A stretch of 64,000 nucleotides of DNA, from positions 51,460,001-51,524,000 of the forward strand of contig OX597814.1 in the NCBI GenBank assembly GCA_951406725.2, written 5' to 3'. The notes under the pieces are model-generated. The model saw only the letters and a program-made list of their open reading frames with translations. It was not told the origin of the DNA and did no database searches. Position numbers and translations under genes: made by a program. Origin of the DNA: Octopus vulgaris. Its lineage: Eukaryota. Shown piece by piece: positions 42,601 to 51,600 of this stretch (within the stretch, counting starts at the first letter, position 1; each line of letters starts with the position of its first letter).

Positions 42601-45600
42601 TTGCCACTCAAAGTCCTTTGTCATCTCCTTCATGAGGTTTATGCTATTGTAATCAATCTTCACCAGTTAATCATATATCTTCTTTAGTACCATTTTTCCA
42701 CAAGTTTTGTCCACTCAGAGTACCTGGCACTTTTTTTTTTCATATAACTGACATCCCTTATGCATATCACATGCCTATATCATGTACTAACATCTCTTTT
42801 GCATAATAATTTGGCTCTTCTTATATCAACTCATTTGTGCTCCATTGATTATGCACACTAGCATTATTAAAAATAGTGACACACACTCGTTTCATCTCTT
42901 CCTAGCTTTTACAAATCTTCCATTCATAGTTCATGTCTTATCATGCAATATCAAATTTCATATACAAGCATCCTACAATCTACTCTTTATGCTGAGAGAG
43001 AAACCTTTTGTTGCCAGTAGAGGTAATAGTAACATACATTGAATTTACCACTCCTGTACTAACACCATTCACCCTTATTGCTAATAATGTCATGTCACTT
43101 AGGTAACAAAAGATATCAACCATTTCTAGGGAACCTTCTGAGCTTTTAAAAGAATTTATTTCACATGTACTCTCACTGCAAACTACTACTGTGCATCTGC
43201 CACATACAAAGTCTACCTGTGATCCCACTTCTTGTGGACCTGTACTTTACACTGGTTACACCATACAAAATTCTTACTTTTTTTCTATGCACTGAGCATG
43301 GTCACTTCTCCAAAGGCAGTAACGGTTTTTTTTTTTACTCCTATTAGTTAAATCAGTCATTGCAAGTTTTATTTTGAGGCACCTTAAGTCTCAGTTTTGC
43401 TTCTTTGTGTCAGTGGATAGACAAATGGCATGTGAAAGTAATACAAGCCATATACAGAGATGTTATCAGCATGATGAGAGTAACAAGTTCAGCAATGAAT
43501 TCAGTGTACAGGTTGGTATCCATCAGAATTAATTTCTCAGCACCCACCTTGTTATTGTAGCTATCCAGGCTATTAAAAAGTTTAAAACCTGTTTCTCATA
43601 GGAACTCCTGTATACTGATGACTTAATTTTCATAGGTGAATCCTTCAAAGATTTAAAGAGGAATTCCTAAATTTAGAAGCAAACTTAATTATTCTACAAA
43701 GTGTCAGACAACTTAAGTTACTTGATCTCACCATTTCTTAGCCAACAATATAACTATTCCATTTGCTCTATTACTGGTACCCTCCCAGAAGAATTTACGT
43801 TTCTTGCTTGCAACAAATCTCGCTGAGACTCATGTACATAGCACACATCTACTTGTTGCTGTTCCAATATCTCTACAATCTCTCTAAACACACATTTCTT
43901 AGTGCCAATGTTAATGCTAGCAGTTTCAAATCTGACAGGAAGAGGGGTTTTCCAGTGGTGGGTGGGTTTGCTTATTTTCTGCATCTGAAAGGAAGAGCAT
44001 TTGTGCAATTGTTTGATGATGGTCAAGGGCCTCTTACACATAGCCAGAGATTTCCACCTAATCAATAATTATTATCACAAAACAATAAGGTCCAACTGGA
44101 GGCTGGAATATATGTAAAATGTCCAGACAAGGATACTGACAGATCTCAACTAAGTCCATAGATAATGATCACCGTTAATAAACATACTTTCCATGCTGGC
44201 ATGGGTTGGATGGTTTGACAAGAGCTAGCAAGCCAGAGGACAGTAACAAGCTCAATTGTTTGCTTTAGCATGGTTCCTACAGCTGGATGCACTTCCTAAT
44301 GCCAACCTCTTTACAGAGCATACTGGTGCTTTTTTTCATGGCACCAACACTGGCAGGGTCACCAAGTAACTTGCAAGACGAAAACCTTTTGACTGAGAGG
44401 AGAAATAGTGTTGAGTGAGGTGACTTTGTGTCAGTGGGTGAAAGATTAAAAAGAATAAAAAAGGGCTAGAGATAGGTGTCTTACTGTAGAAGAGATACAA
44501 GGATACCCCAGTTGAAAAAAAAAAGAGAGACAGTCTTAGAGACAAAGACTGAGAGGGAGAAAATGAGAGAGATGCTGGTGTTGACATACCCTAAAGGTAC
44601 AATGGGTGGGTGGGGGTGAATATGTGAAATAATACAGAGAAGTGGACTGGGTGAGTGGGCAGGGGTGGGGACAAAGGATGAAGGTTCATAAGAATGTGAG
44701 GAGAGATGGTTAAAGATGGGACAGAAATGAAGCAAATAATGGTGAGATATACGAATGGCGCAGTGGGGGTTATGTGAGGGCAACAGGAGTGATAGCAGAC
44801 AAGAGAGGTGTTAAGATGGACTATAGCAGAGGGGAGAGAGCAATGGCTGAAGGCACTGAAAGACGGTGATTGGTGGAAACAATGGGACAAGGAAGATAAT
44901 GAGAAATGGAAGTGGTTCAGTTGGAAGAGGAAGGTAACCAAATGGAGGAGATGTAATATGTGTTTACTCTGCCCTCAGGTGATTATTGTAGCCAAACAAT
45001 ACCAGAGAGGAGTGATGACTATTAGGGGATGAGTGACAGAGAAAATGAAGGTGAGGCAGAGCCCTGCACATACAAGCATTTACCAAGGTGGTTTTAGGAT
45101 ATCAATTCTATTGTGATGGAAGCAAAGCACCAGACATTTCAGTCCTTTGCTATCTCCTCCATAAGGCTCAGCATTTTCAGATTGACCAGCAATACTTTAT
45201 CCCATGTCTCATTTTTTTTTCTAGTTCTGTTATAGAATCTATTATGAGAGCAAGATCATTAGCATAAAGTAGTTCCCATGGGAAGTTGGTCTTAAATTCC
45301 TCTGCTATGGCCTGGAGGATGATGATGAATAGGAGAACCAAATCCTGGTGAACATCTACCTGTACACTAACTTTGTCATTGTACTCATGGTTAACTCTTA
45401 CCTTACTCACAGCACTACTATACATGGCTTGTACAGCTTCCACAAGCCATTTGTCTATCCCTAGCTGCCTCAGAGACTACTATATCACAGAATGAGGTAC
45501 TCTGCCAAAGGCTTTCTCCAGGTCAACAAATGCCAAGTACAACAGTTTATTCTTAGCTAATACTTCTGAAGTTGCCTGAATATGAAGAAAGTATAATATG

Positions 45601-45618
45601 TGTATTCTTTAAGATATC

Positions 45619-45677
<59 letters not shown>

Positions 45678-48600
45678 CACACACACATACATACATATGG
45701 CATCCAGCTATAGAAACCATGCCAAAACAGACAACAGAACTTAGCATAACCCTCTGGCTTGCCAACTCTTGTCAAACCATCCAACCTATGCCAGTATGGC
45801 AAACTGACATTAAATGATGATGATGATGATATTTATAAGGAAGGCAGTCAATCAATGGACTGTCTTCAGAGCACAACTTGTCAAAAGAGTTTAATAATGA
45901 TAGATTTCATGGAAATTGATGTGAAGTAGAATGAGGTGTGGATGGGCACACTGGTAAGAATGAAATACACTCGTTTTTTCCATTAAAAGTAAATAAATCT
46001 TAATCTCTAACACTCTAAAGCCATTTCTAAGACATTTCAACCCTACTCGTGCTAATAGCAGCAATAATTCATGAAGCAACTGATAAATATATAAATAAGA
46101 ATTTCTTATCTTAGTCACACATCATAGTAGTAGTGGATCTGCCAATTTGTGTACACAAATACAAGATGGTTATATATATTTATCTTACTGGCTTGAGTTT
46201 AAAGAATTACTATAAACCGTGAGTTTCAGTTAACTGCAGTCAATATAGTAACATTCAAGTATACAAAGATAAAAAAAAAAAAGAAAAAAGCAAAGGAATC
46301 TTCTGAAAGCATTTGTAAACAACTAGTTCTGACAAAATATGGCTACTGTGCCAAATTCTTTCATTTAAGCACTGCTATTTTTTGACTCAGTAGCCACTGA
46401 AATTAGCAGCTTGTTCTATAAAAACGTTTTTACATTTCTTATGTGTTTCTGAAAGTGATAAATATATCCTCATCTGAATTCTATAATTTAACCTAAAAAG
46501 TCACTCTGAAAAATGTTAGCACACAAAAAAGAGAGTGCCACAGAAAAACTATCAGTAATAAATTTCATTCTTTCCCAGTTATTTCTTTTCTTAACTTTCA
46601 ACTTGACAAAATGAGAATGTTTTCATAAATAATAACCAGTGAAGGAGAAAGTTGAAAAAGATTTTTTAAATGAAACCAAAATTTCAACTTGAATTAAAAC
46701 ACAATGTAAAAATCTAAAATTTGAATTCAAATCAATAAAGTCCTTCATTTTCCCTTGAGTTTTAATTTAAGTTCAAATTTTAGTTTTAAACCAACATCTT
46801 ATATAATCAATTTATGAGAAAAAATAAAAACATGCCTTATATCTAATTCAATGAGAAATGCGTCTGATATACAAAAATGGAAAATGAATGCAGTAGAAGT
46901 CATCTCTTTCTAATATGCAAACCAGTGGGAAAATGCAAGAAAGGAAAAAAAGGGAAACTGGGTCAACTAAAAATTGAACAGGTATTGCAGGTTTGGGTTT
47001 TAAAAAATGACCACTATCACTATAGTTTTCACACCATTACTACAGTACATTATTGTTAATTTGATTTTAAATGTAACTAAGTCAACTTGTAAGGACAATG
47101 ATGGGAAACAAAGAAGAAACTTTGTACAAAACATTTACAAACCATATCATAAACATGAGGCAAAAGTTGACCTCCAAAAAAGTCTGTAGCTTCTCGTGGT
47201 ATTTGAGCTGGCATGTTGCTAATTGAACAAATCAGAACACCATCACCTGCAAAACTAACATTTGTACAATCTAGAATTATAACTATAGTTTGTTTTTTTA
47301 AAACATTGAAAATAGAATAAATTTATAATGTACCAATACTAATGATTTCCAAGAAGAAACAATATACAAATATTAGCACTGTAACCTTTAAGAATATAAC
47401 TTAGCAATTAATAGCACATGAACCTCAGACACTATTGTTAAAATATTAGTATCATATAAAAAAAAATTTAGCAAGCACCATGCAAAGCTTACAATTAAAA
47501 TCTATATCATATTAGTACACAATACAATAATTTATACCACACTAGTATCGCAATATTTGGTGTTACTGTATATCATACTAGCATCATTCAAACATTATAA
47601 ATATTCAATTATCATTCAATAACAGACAATATCACAATAGGTTCACACCCAGCACCCAGTAAAAATAATCCCAACATTACCATATCAATTCACTGTAGTT
47701 TCTTGATTATAAAAATAACTTTTTTTTTAATAATTTTTTTATGAAGACGGTTTTAGCAGCAACATTCCTTTTTTGCCATTCAATATTATTACTGTACCTA
47801 AATTTTACTTACCTGCAACACCTTCAGATAAGCCTGAAATACTAGTGTCTCCATGTCTCATAGCAACTGAACTCACTAAACTCTTGTCCTCATCATCATC
47901 GTTTAACATCTTTTTTCCATGCTAGCATGGGTTGGACAGTTTGACTGAGGTCTAGAGAGCCAGTAGCTGCACCAGGCTCCAATCTAGTCTGGCAATGTTT
48001 CTACAGCTGGATGCCGTTTCTAATGCCAGAGTGTAGTGGGTGCCTTTTATGTGCCTATGGACAAACTGATGCTGATTCATAAGTTTGAGCAGATTCTGCA
48101 TTTTACCATATGCTTAAATAGCCTTTCTCATTATATATACCCTTATCATTAGTATAATTCCTGTGAGAAGTTTAACTTTCAAAGATCTAATTAACCTTTA
48201 GTTGCTTTCATAAAGGAGAATGCAAATTGAATTACATTGGAGCACCCAAGTAAATTTTTAGTGTATCTCTTGATTGGAAGGAAGAAAGAAAAAGGGAGTT
48301 TTTAATAAATTTCAGAGAGTGTGATCTTAAAGTGGTAAGAATATGCATCTATTGCTGCAATAGGTTCAGATTTAACCAACTTTCCAGCCATTTTAGGGTG
48401 AAATGACCATGCTGAAGACATGAATAATCATGTATGGCAAATAACCATCTTACATCAGCATATTTTGATGATTCCCTATTTAAATAGGGGTTAGTGGACA
48501 GGGTAAAGCCCACATTCTCAAGCCAGAGTTGGGCAATGACCTAGTAATAAGCTCAACACTGAATCAGTTTAGAAATGAGGTGATGCCTTCTAGACCCATA

Positions 48601-51600
48601 GAGGCTGGTTGAATGAGTCCATCAACAAGAGATGTCCAATCTGGGTTCCTATATGTTATTGTGCTGAAATGGAACTGATATATTTTCCATACAGATTCCT
48701 TTAGTAAGGTCAAGTGTTGGTGAAACATTCGAAGAGTTATAAATGTAACCAAATTACCTTTCTGTTTCCATATGTTGCTCTGCATCGTAAAGGCAAAATG
48801 GATGATCAATTGTGGTACATTCCTTCATGAATTCTATTGAGCCTCCAGGATCAGCAGAGATATCACAGATAGCAAGCAAACGATGGGGAAGAAGAGGACA
48901 GCCTTGCATGGACGATAGCCATGGTGTTGCAGCTGGTTTCAATAAGTTCTTGGCATCAGGGATGGTTATAAGTCGAGGAGTATTTACAGACCAGTAGATA
49001 CCATTTACTATGCAAGAGGCATATGGTGCTATCTGAAAGTTTGAAAGACATGTAACAATATAATTTACTTGATAAAGCAAGGATTGCTTTTTAGTTAGAC
49101 AATGTAAGAAATATGTTGCTGACCAAAGACTTAAATTACAACATAAATCAAATAGAAACTACAGCTGCTACTGCTATCACCACCACTACATTTCATATGC
49201 ATTGTTCATCATATATGAGGAAAAAAACACTGCTGAGCTCACGTTTCCACAGTATTATCTGCTATGCAGCTTGATCTTGTGCCAGTCCGCAATTGATATC
49301 CAGACATTTCAGGTTACTGCTGACATTCTCTATCCAGCATTTCTTCAAATGACCTAAGTGATGGACAGAAGATGCTGTTGTTCTGTAAGCTGAGCATCTT
49401 TTTTTAGCCATTTATTCTTACGCGTTACATCATTCTCCATCTAATACGAGTTCAACTTCAAACATACTTAAATGATGTCTTGGTTCTGATAATGAATACT
49501 CAAATGATTTTGTAAAGCAGACTGTAATCACAGTCGTCATTTCAAGTGAGGTAGTTTAAAATAAAAATATTATCTACCTTGTATGCTTGAAAACAGGTTC
49601 AGCAGCTTATGAATTAACTAAAATTTTATGTAAAAGACATATAAATAATATTATATGCAAAGTAAATGATACATCAATATGTGAAGTGCACAGCTCAGTG
49701 GTTAGAACATAGAGCTCACAATCATGACCCCAGGTGAGTTGATTCCTGAGCAGGGCTGTGTGCTGTGTTCTTGAGCAAAACACTTTATTTCGCGTTGCTC
49801 CAGTTCACTGAACTGTAGAAATGAGTTGTGACATTACTGGTGCCAAGCTATATCAACCTTTGCTTTCCCTGGGATAAAATTATCAAACATAGTACAACTC
49901 ATTCTGTTTATTTTTTTTTTTTTTTGTATTCAAAAGTTCATTCTGGAAAAATCAAATGTTGTAATAATCAGAAAGTTAAGTAAAACACCCAATATTAAAT
50001 GGGTGTTTTACTTAACTTTGGCATCACACGTACCCTGGTCCGTACGTGCATGTATGTATGTATGTATGTATGTATGTGTGTGTATGTATGTATGTATATA
50101 TATATATACATAGATAGATAGATAGATAGATGAAGTATCAACTTTGGAATTCAATTATGGATAATGATTCTTTAATCTTACTAACATAAGAAGTAATCAA
50201 AGACTATATGTGATATTTCTTACTAACATTAATGTGCATTAGCATATTAACATCATAACATTTTTAATTACAACACTAAAATGATATACAATGATACACT
50301 AATTTGTTTCAATAACAACAGTCAATTAAAACAATAAACTATAGAATAATGAAAGTACAGATAGCATATGTCCCATGCTTCTGTGTTCATTCAAGATAAG
50401 AATTTTCAAGAGATATTTGAGAAAATGTGACAATTATGCAATGTTTGTGTTTGTCAGTCAAGTAACATGTATAACAAAGTTTGTGTTCTTAGATATCAAT
50501 TTAGAAATATTATTTTAGTTATCTAAATATCTTTATGAATAATAATTTTAATAATTACAGTTTAGATGTAGGCATGGCTATGTGGTTAACAAGTTCACTT
50601 CCTAACTATGTGGTTTCAGGTTTAGTCTCAATGTGACACCTAGGGCAAATGTCATCAACTTTGACCCCAGGTGAGATAGTAGATTTGTTAAATGGAAAGA
50701 TAAAGAAGCCCAGCATTCACACATACACACCTGCATACATACACAAATGTATATATTTACATGTGTGTGTGTGTATGCATGATGTGTGGTGTCCTTCATT
50801 TTTAAGCGTTAGTGAAAACATACCCAATCATGGGAGAATATTACCTTGTTTGGGAACAAATAAGAACTGGTGACAAGTAGGGCATCTGGCCATAGAAAAT
50901 CGCTTCGACATATTTTGTCTCTCCATGCAAGCATGGGAAAGTGAATGTTGAACTGATGATGGTGATTTTAAAAAGGAATAAAAAAGATTTTATTTTGATG
51001 TTTACTTACTTTATGACTAAAAACTGAAATATATCTTTCTGGATGAACTTCAAATTCTTCTGCATCAAAAGAACCTTCATCTTTTCGGACAAAATGATCT
51101 TCTCGACTGACTACACAAGCGTAAAGTTTATTTGTGACTGTAATAAAAACAATAAAAATTACATATATTTCGCTATATAATTTTATTTCTATGTGAGTGC
51201 ATTATTGAGAGGGAGAGTAAGATAGAAATACACATATACAAACAAATAGATAGATATTAGATATTAACATAATTAAAATGAGGATATTAAGATAGATATT
51301 TTAAATAATGTTTAATGCATGAGATCAGGAGAAAATGAATTTTAGGATATATAAATATATTGCAACAGAAGCCAAATCATTTTCTTTCAGTCTGAAATCT
51401 TATACTTCATAGTTTTTATATAGTTCTTTATTTTACAGTTAAGGCCATGCTGGAATAACATCTTCTGTCTAAAGATTTTTACAAAATACATTTCTGCATT
51501 CTTTTCAGATATTAAAAACAAACTAACAAAAAGACCTCAGGTTGTGTACTTTTATAAATAACTGACCAAAAAAAAACAAAAAAAACAACTAACCTCCCTG

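Noticed and set aside
49686-49765. Possible tRNA gene (also the SINE heads at 14779, 25396, 41045)
   Set aside because: A/B boxes are present but there is no intact cloverleaf, and each runs into SINE core sequence.
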